NCBI GenBank assembly: GCA_963729605.1
Contig: CAVSNY010000007.1
Location: forward strand, 1,342,518 to 1,406,517
Direction: 5' to 3'
Origin: an uncultured Gammaproteobacteria bacterium
Lineage (GTDB): Bacteria > Pseudomonadota > Gammaproteobacteria > DRLM01
DNA: 64,000 nucleotides
Positions 10,180-20,220 of this stretch are shown piece after piece. Position numbers and translations under genes: made by a program. Each line of letters starts with the position of its first letter. Within the stretch, counting starts at the first letter, position 1. Under the pieces are notes generated by a model that made no database searches, had not been told where the DNA came from, and saw only the letters and a list, made by a program, of their open reading frames with translations.

Positions 10180-12396
10180 ATGAATGCATACCCCGAACTT
10201 CGCCACCCGACGGCCAAATTACTCCCGCTCGTGCTCGCGATCGCCGCCTGCGGTCTTGCCGAACGTTCCGAGGCCCGCGAGGAGTCGACGCTCGACACCG
10301 TCAACGTCATCGATTTTCGCGGCGAGCAGATGGACAGTTTGAAGTACAGCCGCGACCTGCAGGACACCCCGCGCCTCATCACCGTGCTGCCGAAAGACCT
10401 GCTCGAAGAGCAGAACGCGACTTCGCTGAAAGACGTGCTGAAGAACATTCCCGGCATCAGCCTGCAGGCCGGCGAGGGCAACCCGCCCGGCGGCGACCAG
10501 CTCAAGATTCGCGGCTTCAACGCGCGCGACGACATCAACGTCAACGACACCCGCGACCTCGGCAACTACTTCCGCGACCCCTTCTACATCGATCAGATCG
10601 AGGTCGTCAAAGGACCGAATTCGGCGTATTCCGGGCGCGGCTCGGCGGGCGGCACGATCAACTTCGTGACCAAGAAGCCTTTCCAGGACGACTTCAATCG
10701 TGTCGAGGCGAGCATCGGCACCGACGACTACTACCGCCTGACATTCGACGCGAACCGACAGATCGACGACAACAGCGCGGTGCGCCTCAACCTGATGGGC
10801 CACGACGCCGGCATCCCCGGCCGTGACATCACCGAGGAGTCGCGTTACGGGCTTTATGCCGCGTACACCTGGGGCTTCAAAGGCCCGACCAAAATCACCG
10901 CCGACTACCTGCACCTGAGCCAGGACGACCTGCCCGACGCCGGCCTGCCCGCCGACCGCGGCGCGCCCGGCGCGCATGCCAACGGGACCGGCCGCATCCC
11001 GCCCGGACTCGACTTCAGCAATTTCTACGGCCACACCGACGACTATAAGAAGGTCGATGTCGACCAGATCGGCCTCGCGATACAGCACGCCTTCACGAAT
11101 GGCGTGGTGTTCAAGAACCAGTTGCGCCTGTCGCGCGTCTCCAACGACTCGATCACCTCGTCGCCGCGCCTGCGCAACGTCACGCCCGACTTCGTGGACT
11201 CCGAGGTCCGCGGCGAAACCAAGCCGCGCGATCAGGTCGATGACGGCATCAACAACCAGAGCGATCTGTTGTTCAACTTCAGTACCGGCGCCGTCGAACA
11301 CGACTTGGTCGTCGGCCTCGAACTCGCGCGCTACGAGTTCGAAAATCGCCGCCGGCTCGATCAGGCCGGCCCGCTCACCGACCTCTACAATCCGGTGCCG
11401 CGCTTGGGGCCCTCGCGCGCCTACGACGGTACGACCTACGCGCTCGAAACCGAGGAAGTCGGCGTCTACGTGCTCGACACGATGAGGCTCTCCGAGAAGT
11501 GGGACCTCAACGCCGGTCTGCGCTGGGATCGCGTCGAAGCGACCGCGACGCGTAGCGGCTTCACGGGCGGGAACGCGGGGCTCAACACCACCCACGAGCG
11601 CGAGGACAGTGAGATCAGCCACAACCTCGGCCTCGTCTACAAGCTGAAGCCCAACGCCTCGCTTTACGGCGCCTACGGCAACGCCTACGTGATGTCCGCC
11701 AGCTTCGACCGCAACAATGTCCAGCTCGCGGGCGGCTCGGCCACTCAGGCCATCGTCGGCGCGGGCTTCGACACCCCGCCCGAGCACGTCACCGCGTACG
11801 AGCTCGGCGCGAAATGGTCCGTGGCGGCGGCGCTCGACCTCGGCGCGGCGATCTTCCGCACCGAGACCAAGGAAGGCCGCTTCCCGGCGCAGGCACCGGG
11901 CGGCGTCACCACGCCCAACGTCAATTACACCATCGACGGCTTCGAGTTCCTCGCGGCGGGCAAGCTCACGGACGCATGGCGGCTGTACGCCGGTTACACC
12001 TTCCTGACGTCGGACATCACCGGTTCGCCGTCGTCGGGCGCCAACGAGCCTTATGTCGTCGCCCAGGAACTGGGCGGCACGCCCGAGCACTCGTTCAACA
12101 TCTTCACGACCTATGACGTGACGCCGTCGCTGTCGCTCGGCGGCGGGGTGCAGTACGTCGATGCGGTCACCAGCGGCGTCGATCCCGACCCGGCCGGCGA
12201 CCGCACTGTGAGCGTATCGGACTACACCGTGTACGACGCCTACGCCACCTACAAATTCACCAAGCAGACCCAGGTACGGCTGAACGTCTACAACGTCTTC
12301 GACGAGGAGTACATCTCGCAACTCGCCGAGGGCGGCGGGCAGGCGATCCCCGGCAAAGGACGCCAGGCGATCCTGACCGTCCGTCACGACTTCTGA
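10180..12396 (+). CDS. TonB-dependent siderophore receptor (Fiu/PiuA-like)
   Basis: Plug motifs IRGF and IEVVKGPNSAYSGRGSAGGTIN; NVFDEEY; C-terminal Phe. Confidence 0.92.
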   Translation: MNAYPELRHPTAKLLPLVLAIAACGLAERSEAREESTLDTVNVIDFRGEQMDSLKYSRDLQDTPRLITVLPKDLLEEQNATSLKDVLKNIPGISLQAGEGNPPGGDQLKIRGFNARDDINVNDTRDLGNYFRDPFYIDQIEVVKGPNSAYSGRGSAGGTINFVTKKPFQDDFNRVEASIGTDDYYRLTFDANRQIDDNSAVRLNLMGHDAGIPGRDITEESRYGLYAAYTWGFKGPTKITADYLHLSQDDLPDAGLPADRGAPGAHANGTGRIPPGLDFSNFYGHTDDYKKVDVDQIGLAIQHAFTNGVVFKNQLRLSRVSNDSITSSPRLRNVTPDFVDSEVRGETKPRDQVDDGINNQSDLLFNFSTGAVEHDLVVGLELARYEFENRRRLDQAGPLTDLYNPVPRLGPSRAYDGTTYALETEEVGVYVLDTMRLSEKWDLNAGLRWDRVEATATRSGFTGGNAGLNTTHEREDSEISHNLGLVYKLKPNASLYGAYGNAYVMSASFDRNNVQLAGGSATQAIVGAGFDTPPEHVTAYELGAKWSVAAALDLGAAIFRTETKEGRFPAQAPGGVTTPNVNYTIDGFEFLAAGKLTDAWRLYAGYTFLTSDITGSPSSGANEPYVVAQELGGTPEHSFNIFTTYDVTPSLSLGGGVQYVDAVTSGVDPDPAGDRTVSVSDYTVYDAYATYKFTKQTQVRLNVYNVFDEEYISQLAEGGGQAIPGKGRQAILTVRHDF

Positions 12397-12403
12397 AGCG
12401 GAT

Positions 12404-13084
12404 ATGGTCGTCGTCCTCGACACCATCCTCAACCCCGACGAGCTGGCGACGATCCGCCGCCAGCTCGCCGGGGCGTCGTGGGCAACGGGACTTTCCGCCG
12501 GCAGCCAGGCCACGCTGGTCAAGAATAACCAGCAGTTGCCCGAGGGCACGCCGTGCCTGCGCGACCTCCGGGTGCTCGTCCTGCGCGCGCTCAACCGCAG
12601 TCCGCTGCTGCTTTCCGCGGCGCTGCCGAACAAAATCCTTCCGCCCAACTTCAATCGTTATACGGGCGAAACCAATGCCTACGGCTGGCACGCCGACAAC
12701 ACCCTGCGCAACCTTCCCGACGGAAGCTGGCTGCGTACCGACGTGTCCGCCACCCTGTTCCTGTCCGACCCAGGCGAATATGACGGGGGCGAACTGCGCA
12801 TCGAGGACACCTATGGTGATCAGCGCATCAAACTCGCCGCGGGCAGCCTCGTGCTCTATCCCTCCGGCTCGATCCACGAGGTCGCGCCGGTCACGCGCGG
12901 CGAACGCCTCGCGTGCTATTTCTTCATGCAAAGCCTAGTCAAGGACGCCGGACGCCGGCGCCAGCTCTACGAAATGGACCTCGCGCTGATACGCCTGCGC
13001 GCCCGCCTCGGCGACGCCGACCCCGACCTCGTGCGCCTGACCGCGCAGTACAACAATCTGCTGCGCGAATGGACGGATTGCTGA
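12404..13084 (+). CDS. piuC: PKHD-type Fe(II)/2-oxoglutarate dioxygenase (PiuC/YbiX)
   Basis: FNRY, YGWHADN, RTDVSATLFLSDP.EYDGGEL, HEVAPVTRGER. Confidence 0.9.
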   Translation: MVVVLDTILNPDELATIRRQLAGASWATGLSAGSQATLVKNNQQLPEGTPCLRDLRVLVLRALNRSPLLLSAALPNKILPPNFNRYTGETNAYGWHADNTLRNLPDGSWLRTDVSATLFLSDPGEYDGGELRIEDTYGDQRIKLAAGSLVLYPSGSIHEVAPVTRGERLACYFFMQSLVKDAGRRRQLYEMDLALIRLRARLGDADPDLVRLTAQYNNLLREWTDC

Positions 13085-13104
13085 ATCGCGGCAGCATCAC
13101 TGAT

Positions 13105-13285
13105 TGAGATCGCCCTTGCGGGGAGGGGATCGACACCCGCTAGGTGAGCCGGCTGGTCAACCTGACCACGCTGGTGCCCGACACCGTCGCCGCCATCCTG
13201 GCCGGCCGCACTACCCAATCACATCACACTGTCCGATCTGGCGCGGTTGATCCGCCGGCGCTGGGCTGAGCAGCGAGCCGGGCTC
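13105..13285 (+). pseudogene. Degraded small HTH gene of the kind found beside serine recombinases at island ends
   Basis: Across a stop and frameshifts reads EGIDTR*VSRLVNLTTLVPDTVAAILAG/ALPNHITLSDLA/VDPPAL/EQRA. Confidence 0.55.
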
Positions 13286-13386
13286 GCTGCTCGATAGGTC
13301 TATCGCAAATGAACTCGCTATTGGATGTCTGACTTATTCGCTGATCCCATCGATTTCCACTCACGACTGACCTCACTGATCCTGGG

Positions 13387-14550
13387 TCATCGAATACTTG
13401 CCTGTATGGCATTCCATACCACATCCCAGCGTATCCGCTCCTGTTCGAGGCGGACTTGTTGACCGCAGGCATTTCCCTTGAGCGACTGATAGAGCTTTTG
13501 TTCGGTATTGGTGAGTAGTGGGAGTTCTGTGGAAGAGTGCTGGTCTTTCTCTTCAACCCATAAATCGCGATGACTCATCAGCGTTGACTCATCCATAAGC
13601 ACAGTCTTCAGGCTAGGGATGTATGTTCTGGCTCGATTAAGAATGGCAAAGCCATGCGTATCAATGTCACCCCAGTAGAAACATTGCGCCTGTTGTAGCC
13701 ATGGAAGCTGTCCCAAAACGTCAACCGCGTAACCCAGTCGCATGATCACAACCGCCCCTGGCAGATCATCAAAGGCAAGGCCAGTTTGAAGGTTCTCAAC
13801 AACGAAGACATTCTTTGGTCGTATACCAATGCTCGCGACCTCCTCACAGGGAGCAGAGATATCGCCAAGACCGCCAAAACGGACTCTTAGATCCGGGTCT
13901 AGAACGCGCATGCGCAATAACTGCGGCTGTGCCCTCAAGCCGCAGCGCCAGAAGAAGTCGCGCTCTCCTGTTGGGTCACTCTGGAGCGTTGCAATCAAGT
14001 CAGAGATGATGCCCTTTCGAGAATCCAGCCATTTGCTGTCGGCACCGGCAACCGGAATTTGTCGTGCGTAGAGATTCGATTTCGGATTGCGATTGATCCA
14101 ATCCAGCATCTCTGCCAGTCGACGGAAATCGGCATCGCTGTAGTCAGCGAGGACATCAAAATATCTCGGTAACTGCTGCGCAAGCACCGGCCAGCGAGCA
14201 GTGAGCGTCTGATACCGAGACAGGGCGCGAACCCACCGTGCGGATGCACCGATCCACAGGGCAACATCTTCAGGGCCTCGTAACGTCAGTTTCCCTGGCA
14301 GTCGCTGAACGCCAAGCGCTTTCCATCGCCGCTCACACCAGGATAGTGTGCCGACCCCTTGCCAGCCTTGCCATGCGCTCACCCAAGCACGAACGCCGTC
14401 GACTTGTCTCAGTGCAGCCTGCTCCGTCGGAATGCCGAGCGGAACTTCCAGCGGCCATTGGACCTCGCCCGGATCACCGATCAACCACTCGCGGTGCTTG
14501 CTTTGAAAGCGACGGGCAAGAAACTGCCGAACATCTTCAGGAAGCTTCAA
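13387..14550 (-). CDS. jetD: Wadjet JetD Toprim nuclease (DUF3322+DUF2220)
   Basis: VVENL, YWGDIDTHG, RLEQERI; last gene of a four-gene overlapping operon. Confidence 0.92.
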   Translation of the reverse strand: MKLPEDVRQFLARRFQSKHREWLIGDPGEVQWPLEVPLGIPTEQAALRQVDGVRAWVSAWQGWQGVGTLSWCERRWKALGVQRLPGKLTLRGPEDVALWIGASARWVRALSRYQTLTARWPVLAQQLPRYFDVLADYSDADFRRLAEMLDWINRNPKSNLYARQIPVAGADSKWLDSRKGIISDLIATLQSDPTGERDFFWRCGLRAQPQLLRMRVLDPDLRVRFGGLGDISAPCEEVASIGIRPKNVFVVENLQTGLAFDDLPGAVVIMRLGYAVDVLGQLPWLQQAQCFYWGDIDTHGFAILNRARTYIPSLKTVLMDESTLMSHRDLWVEEKDQHSSTELPLLTNTEQKLYQSLKGNACGQQVRLEQERIRWDVVWNAIQASIR

Positions 14551-17500
14551 CGCTAGCCTCCTCTCGAGCGTGCTCCGGCAGCTTCAACCGCTGACGGTCA
14601 CCGTCGTACTCGATCAGCAGGACGCCTGACACCCGCCGGTCGCTGATATCCACAAAGCAGGCGCCACCGATGAATGGTTCGAGGGTCATGACGGACTTCA
14701 GCGGCGTAGCGACCACCATTTGAAATCCGAAATTGGTAAAGATGTTCATTGCCAAAGCGGTGAACTCGTTGTCAGCCTTGTCGAATGCCTCATCAAGCAC
14801 GACGGGCGAATACATCGGCACGCCGTGGTCGTTCCCTCCCAGTTGATACCGTAGGGCTGCCGCCAAACACGTGGTGGCCAGCTTCTGCCGTTGGCCGCCT
14901 GATTTGCCAGCACCGCTGCGGTAAATCTCGACCTCGACGTCGCTTTCATCGATTTCCCGCCCGATGAACTCAACATGCTGTCGAACGTCGAGCACAGTCT
15001 CACGCCAGCGTTTCTGCTCGGGGTCCTGACTGGCGAGTCGATCAACAAGTCGCCGCAGGGCCAGAAACCGCGCCTCGGCGAACTCACGATCCTCCGTCCA
15101 CGCATGGCTAAGTGCCTGCTGGATCTCCTGTTTGAACTCCTTGACGTCGACAAGCTGCCGGTCACTGGCGTCGATGTGGAGATAGGTGCGTTGATTGGCG
15201 CTTTGGTTGAAGGGCACCTGGCCAAGACTGTCGTTGACCAGGTCCATCCGCTCTAGGATGGCTTTGCGCGCATCGTTCAGGTAGGTGGAAAGTGCCGCCA
15301 GATTCTGGTGGCTTTGGTTCTGCAGCAATTCGAAGAATCGCTGCTCATAGGCGGGCAGGCCATCAGTTTCCAGTCGAACCAGCTTGGCGAAAAAGTCTGG
15401 TGCGCTGGCGAGGCTCGTATCCATGTCGCCAGCGTCCATGGGCCACTGACGTTTGAAATCCGCGAAGCGCGCTTCTATTTCCTTCTCGCAGACGCCAATC
15501 CCACGATTGACATCTTCGATCTCCGAATTGAGTGCGCGTTCTACAGAAGTTGTCACCTTGTCGAGGTTGTCGAGCCGGACTGCATCTGACTGCTTAGCGA
15601 AGCGCTCGTTGAGGCCCGAGATCTGATGGGGCGTCAAGGGAACGATGGACGCGTCCTGCAGAAGGGATTCTAGTTTCTGTGTACTGGTCTTGATCTGGTC
15701 AAGAATCGAATCGTGCGCACGCGTTGCATGCCGAAGATGCTTGTCAGTATCATCGACGAGTTTCTTTTGCTTCTCGATCTGCTCACTGATTTGCAGCAGG
15801 GTGGTGTTGCCCTCGCGCGCTTCGCGGATCTGCCGCTCAATGGTGGAAATGCGATCCAGCAATGGGAGCAAATCTATTTCCTGCCACTGGAGATTCACCA
15901 GAGTCTGGCACTGCATGGCTCGGGTCGCACGATTCTTGTCCTGATCGGCGAGGCTGTCGATCTCTCCTCCGAGACGCGTAATCGTGGCAGCAAGCTCCTG
16001 CGCCTGGGCTTGAAAGAGCCCAAGCTTGTCGCGGTTATCGAGCCCAAGCACCCAGTTTCGTCGGTCGCCGACACTTCTACGGTCGTCTTTCTCATGCCGG
16101 GTTTTGCTGTGCTTGACCTGGCCCTCACGGGTGATGGCGCGATCAGCGCTCCTGAACGATTGAATGGAGTCGACGCACGCATAATCGAAGCGTTGCCGTA
16201 GCTCGGCCTGTAGCCAATCGGAATATGCACCCTCCTTGACGTTCAGCTTAAGGACGAGCGAATTGGCTCCGATGGGCTTGGCCTGCCAGGTCTCCGGGCG
16301 TCCGGTCCGGTAATACACCAGGCGCTGCCCAAGATGGGTGTTGTTGATGTAATTGGCCAGCGCTGAATACTGTCGTTCGTCCACCAGGAGTGAGAGTGCA
16401 AATCCGTGTAGTACGCGCTCAATGGCCCCCTGCCATTCCGCCTCGTCAGGCTTCACCTCAATGAGTTCGCCAACAAAGGGGAGAGCCGACTCCGAGATCC
16501 CGATGGCGGCGGCGATGTCTCGACGCATTTCCAGCATGTCGGCCGGAATGTTCGACGGCTGGCGCTGGAGTGCCTGCACCTCCTTCACCACTTGCGAAAA
16601 TGCCGTCTCAGCGTCTCTCTTTTGGCCTGCCAAGCGGAACTGTTCTTCGCGGCTTTCGTTGCTGCGCTGCTCCCAATTTTCGACCTCCTGCCGCGCGTTA
16701 CCCAACAGTTCAGCGAAGGCTTGAGGAGAATCGGGGAGGCTCCAGCCCAGCTTCTTGCACGCATCTTCAGCCTGGCCGCGTTTGCGCAGGCGATCCGTGC
16801 GCTGGGTCTCCAGGCTGGATTTCTCGGCCTCCCATTGCTCGATCTGATCACCGCCCGCTTCACGGTGCTGTCGCTCCAGATCGCGCAACGTTGTGGCGTG
16901 GTTACCCAGGATGCTCTGACGTCGACTAACTTCACCTTCCGAGCCGCTGGCTTGCACCTCCAGGGACTCGACATGCTGCTTGAGGAGTTCAATGCGGCGG
17001 GTTTCCTGGTAGCCATCAACGCCCAGCCGAAGCTCATCCAGACCATTGCGCTGCAGCATCAGCGAATCTCTGCGCTGATACTGCTCCCGCGCTGGCGCAA
17101 GTGTTTGAACCTGCTCGCGAGCTGTCACTACCGCCTGGTGGGCAGCATTGAGTTCGCCAAATTCGCTGACCAAGCGATCGGCCACCTCGAAGGTTTCTGG
17201 CTTGTCCAGCATGAAATCGCGCAGGAAGGTATTGAGGTCGCCGAGATTCTTGGCCGACTGGGTTTTGTGCAGCAAACGCAGCGCCATTTCGCTCTCGATA
17301 CCAAGCAGGCGGCAGAATCGTTCGCAATAGGGACGAAACTCGTCGCGGGCGAACGCTTCGGGGAAGGACTGCTTGAGCTTTCGGATATCGAAGTTGGATT
17401 GGCCGAAGTCCTCCAACTCGCGCAGGTCAAAGGCCCGCTCCAGGACAAGGTAGTAGCGTTTAACGTCGGTGGTTCCATTTGCATTGCCACGCAGCCAGAA

Positions 17501-17911
17501 CACCTGAACAAGTACCACAAACTGGCCCAATGCGTTCTGGTAGGTCAGTGCCAAGGCTGACCACGTTGTCCCCGAGCGCAAGTAACGGGTGGCGATCTCA
17601 CCCGACTCTCCATCCTTCTGTTCGGCCCATGCACCACGTACGTAGGAGACGAGGTTTCGGTCACGACCGCTGCGGTCAGTCTCGCGCGCGGCAGCGTTGA
17701 AGTCGATCCAGCGAGGGGGCACCAGCAACGCCGAAAAAGCGTCAAGAAGAGTCGATTTCCCAGCCCCTGATCGACCGACAAACAGAAAGCCTCGTTCGCT
17801 GATCGGTACGTCATGCAGGCCAGAAAAAGTGCCCCAGTTGTAAACCTGCAGGCGAGTCATTCGGAACTGTTCGCGGGCGAACAAGGAGGCGGTTTGGGGT
17901 TCCGAGATCAT
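14537..17911 (-). CDS. jetC: Wadjet JetC SMC-family ATPase
   Basis: 1124 aa; NWGTF, Walker A GRSGAGKS, long coiled coil, KSGGQRQKL, VVLDEAFDKAD. Confidence 0.93.
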   Translation of the reverse strand: MISEPQTASLFAREQFRMTRLQVYNWGTFSGLHDVPISERGFLFVGRSGAGKSTLLDAFSALLVPPRWIDFNAAARETDRSGRDRNLVSYVRGAWAEQKDGESGEIATRYLRSGTTWSALALTYQNALGQFVVLVQVFWLRGNANGTTDVKRYYLVLERAFDLRELEDFGQSNFDIRKLKQSFPEAFARDEFRPYCERFCRLLGIESEMALRLLHKTQSAKNLGDLNTFLRDFMLDKPETFEVADRLVSEFGELNAAHQAVVTAREQVQTLAPAREQYQRRDSLMLQRNGLDELRLGVDGYQETRRIELLKQHVESLEVQASGSEGEVSRRQSILGNHATTLRDLERQHREAGGDQIEQWEAEKSSLETQRTDRLRKRGQAEDACKKLGWSLPDSPQAFAELLGNARQEVENWEQRSNESREEQFRLAGQKRDAETAFSQVVKEVQALQRQPSNIPADMLEMRRDIAAAIGISESALPFVGELIEVKPDEAEWQGAIERVLHGFALSLLVDERQYSALANYINNTHLGQRLVYYRTGRPETWQAKPIGANSLVLKLNVKEGAYSDWLQAELRQRFDYACVDSIQSFRSADRAITREGQVKHSKTRHEKDDRRSVGDRRNWVLGLDNRDKLGLFQAQAQELAATITRLGGEIDSLADQDKNRATRAMQCQTLVNLQWQEIDLLPLLDRISTIERQIREAREGNTTLLQISEQIEKQKKLVDDTDKHLRHATRAHDSILDQIKTSTQKLESLLQDASIVPLTPHQISGLNERFAKQSDAVRLDNLDKVTTSVERALNSEIEDVNRGIGVCEKEIEARFADFKRQWPMDAGDMDTSLASAPDFFAKLVRLETDGLPAYEQRFFELLQNQSHQNLAALSTYLNDARKAILERMDLVNDSLGQVPFNQSANQRTYLHIDASDRQLVDVKEFKQEIQQALSHAWTEDREFAEARFLALRRLVDRLASQDPEQKRWRETVLDVRQHVEFIGREIDESDVEVEIYRSGAGKSGGQRQKLATTCLAAALRYQLGGNDHGVPMYSPVVLDEAFDKADNEFTALAMNIFTNFGFQMVVATPLKSVMTLEPFIGGACFVDISDRRVSGVLLIEYDGDRQRLKLPEHAREEASVEAS

Positions 17912-18615
17912 TGGTCGGCCTCCTCATCGGGTTCAGTCTGAGCCAGTTGCGCTGGCGTCTCTCCGGCAGCCATGCGCTGATACAAGTGGGTCAGAGCTTG
18001 TATTTCCTCTGCTGAGAAGAGGAGCTTCAACGTGGGTGAAATCTCGAAGCGATCCTCACTCGAGCGAATTTTCTGAAGGATGCTGTGCTTCTTGATCTTC
18101 TCGATGGATGCATGAACCCGTTTCGCGAATCCCGCGCGGTCGTTGTTGGATGCTCGCTCATAGAGGGTAAGAAATTCCATCATCTCGTCCGTCGATACCA
18201 CGGCACGATCGCCCTGCGAGTCCGCCTGGGTCAATCGCTGGCGAAGGTGGAGCAGCAGAATGGAGTCAATGAAGGTCAGCTGCGCGCGACGCAGCAGGAG
18301 TGGCACTTCGAGGTCGCCGGTATCTGCCTGGCGGGTGAAGGCAACTTGTACGTCCCGGTCGATGACCAGTTCGAGGAACAGTTCGACAAGGCGCCGACGT
18401 ATCACCGCTTCGTCTCGCACTAATATCGGCCAGAGTTTTGGATGTCGACGTCCGTCGAGCGAAGGTCCCGCAAGTAGCTGCACGAGGGCGCGCCGGGTAT
18501 CCAGCGCCAACTCGCCGCTGTCACCCATGAAAAGGGTGTTGGCAGATGCGTGCGCAGCATCTGGCGCTTGTTCTTTGGCGGGCATTGCCGCTTCGTCGTT
18601 CTCAGACCAGTTCAT
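17908..18615 (-). CDS. jetB: Wadjet JetB (DUF4194)
   Basis: ATG 18615 overlaps the jetA end; LTFIDSILLLHLRQ and RFEISPTLKLLF motifs. Confidence 0.88.
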   Translation of the reverse strand: MNWSENDEAAMPAKEQAPDAAHASANTLFMGDSGELALDTRRALVQLLAGPSLDGRRHPKLWPILVRDEAVIRRRLVELFLELVIDRDVQVAFTRQADTGDLEVPLLLRRAQLTFIDSILLLHLRQRLTQADSQGDRAVVSTDEMMEFLTLYERASNNDRAGFAKRVHASIEKIKKHSILQKIRSSEDRFEISPTLKLLFSAEEIQALTHLYQRMAAGETPAQLAQTEPDEEADQ

Positions 18616-20062
18616 TTGCCCGCTCCCGCAAAAAGAAAATCTTTGGAATTCGGGCGCTGCGACGCTGGTCGTCGCCTCCAACCCAGCCAACGGTTTCGCT
18701 ATGGTCGGCCTTGAAACCATGCCGACTGCCCAATGCAAGCAGGCCGACGACGCTGCCCAAACCCTGTGCAGCGGGGAACTGCTCCAGCACGTCAGCAATG
18801 GATGCCTGGGACCGTTGCTCCAGGACAGCCAGCACGTTGGCCTTCAATGTTCGGAAGTCGATCTCGGATTGGGCGACCAATTCGCTGACAGACTCCAGGT
18901 CGATTGGTGGGGCGTCACCTTCCGCCATTTGGCCGGGCAAAGCTTGTAGGGAGGGGTCGTACAGCGCCCATTGAGACAAGGAGCGCAAACGGCTGCTCGT
19001 GAGCTCAAGCGTGTACTGGAGGGTTTCTGTGGCCCTGACTTTGTCCTTCAGGGTGAGTGCTGCTCGCTGAGCGTCTTTCAGAAGGTGATTGAGTCGGCGT
19101 TGCTCGAGGTATTCACGACTCTGGACGAAATGCTTCAGGCTGCGGGCAAACGTCTGGAGCACTTCATGGACCATGCCGCCCTGCTCAAGAAGGGTTCGTG
19201 TCAGCCGAAGAAGGAATCGGCGCTCCTTGGCTTCAAGCTGACCCACAAACTCCCGCGACATGACGCTATCAAGCGCCTGATCAAGTGTGGCGGCCTGCTG
19301 TGGGTCCGTTAGCAATCGCCAGAAAGCAGAGAAAGTCCTTCCCGCGTCGCTTTCTGAAATCAGGTCGATTCCGGCAAACAGCGAATCCAGTACATCACCC
19401 CGATTGCCATCGTTGTCCATGATGCGTTCACGGAGATCTCGATTCAGCTGGTCGAACTGATCGCGGACGCGTCGGAAGTCGCCTGCAAGATCGTCGGCCA
19501 GCGTGATGATCTCCCTCGTGCGCTCCAGTGCCGTTGCCTGAGCCAGCACGCGCATTTGCCCCTTATGGATAGCGTCTATCTCCTTATCGATGCGGGCTTG
19601 CTCGGCCATGAGCCGGTCAATGCGGCGGAATTTGTCGGTATCGGTGTCCTCTGCAAGCCGGGCCAGCGCCTCGATAACGAGTGTCAGGCGGCTCTCAGTC
19701 GCGGCTGAGTGGGGCTGCGCCAGGCCAGAGACAAAACGAATGGCCTCCACGGCAGCCGTCGACAGTTCGTATTCCTCCTCTGAAGCCCCTGCCGGGAAAC
19801 GGCGCTCCAGATAACCATCGGCAAGCCAGCTGGCCACGTAAGCCTGCGCTGTTTGGGGGAAGTCTTCGCCTTGAGCGCGCAGCTCTTCTAAATCCCTCCC
19901 GATCCGTTCGTGAAGAATGGAGGCAGGAAGACTTCGCTCGCTCTCGTAAAGATGGGCTTGAAGCAGTCCAATGACGGTAGGCCCATTGTTCGACGCAAGC
20001 AGACGCCATAGGGGCTGCGCCCGTATGCGTCGGTAGGTCGTGATGGCTTTGTCTGCTTTCAC
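18602..20062 (-). CDS. jetA: Wadjet JetA (DUF3375)
   Basis: WRLLAS, ATESRL, SDAGRTFSAFWRLL; first gene of the operon. Confidence 0.9.
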   Translation of the reverse strand: MKADKAITTYRRIRAQPLWRLLASNNGPTVIGLLQAHLYESERSLPASILHERIGRDLEELRAQGEDFPQTAQAYVASWLADGYLERRFPAGASEEEYELSTAAVEAIRFVSGLAQPHSAATESRLTLVIEALARLAEDTDTDKFRRIDRLMAEQARIDKEIDAIHKGQMRVLAQATALERTREIITLADDLAGDFRRVRDQFDQLNRDLRERIMDNDGNRGDVLDSLFAGIDLISESDAGRTFSAFWRLLTDPQQAATLDQALDSVMSREFVGQLEAKERRFLLRLTRTLLEQGGMVHEVLQTFARSLKHFVQSREYLEQRRLNHLLKDAQRAALTLKDKVRATETLQYTLELTSSRLRSLSQWALYDPSLQALPGQMAEGDAPPIDLESVSELVAQSEIDFRTLKANVLAVLEQRSQASIADVLEQFPAAQGLGSVVGLLALGSRHGFKADHSETVGWVGGDDQRRSARIPKIFFLRERANELV

Positions 20063-20141
20063 TCCCGTGCTCCAAAGTGGCGGGTCCCGCCTGCTATTTG
20101 GTTATCACAATACGACGAATACATAAATCAAAATAGAGCCA

Positions 20142-20170
20142 TGGACAGATTTTAGGGCAGACCATATACT
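20142..20170 (+). promoter_or_regulatory. Sigma70 promoter of the WYL-led operon
   Basis: TGGACA-N17-TATACT in the AT-rich divergent spacer. Confidence 0.65.
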
Positions 20171-20220
20171 TTCCGCAATAACCCGTACAAGCATTCGCTA
20201 ATCCGAACGAGCCAGCCAGG

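Noticed and set aside
10219-12654. 811-aa minus-strand ORF and other long shadow ORFs (112-861, 37316-38539, 41793-43301, 51916-53130, 62220-63560)
   Set aside because: Antisense to well-supported genes in GC-rich DNA, with no recognisable motifs
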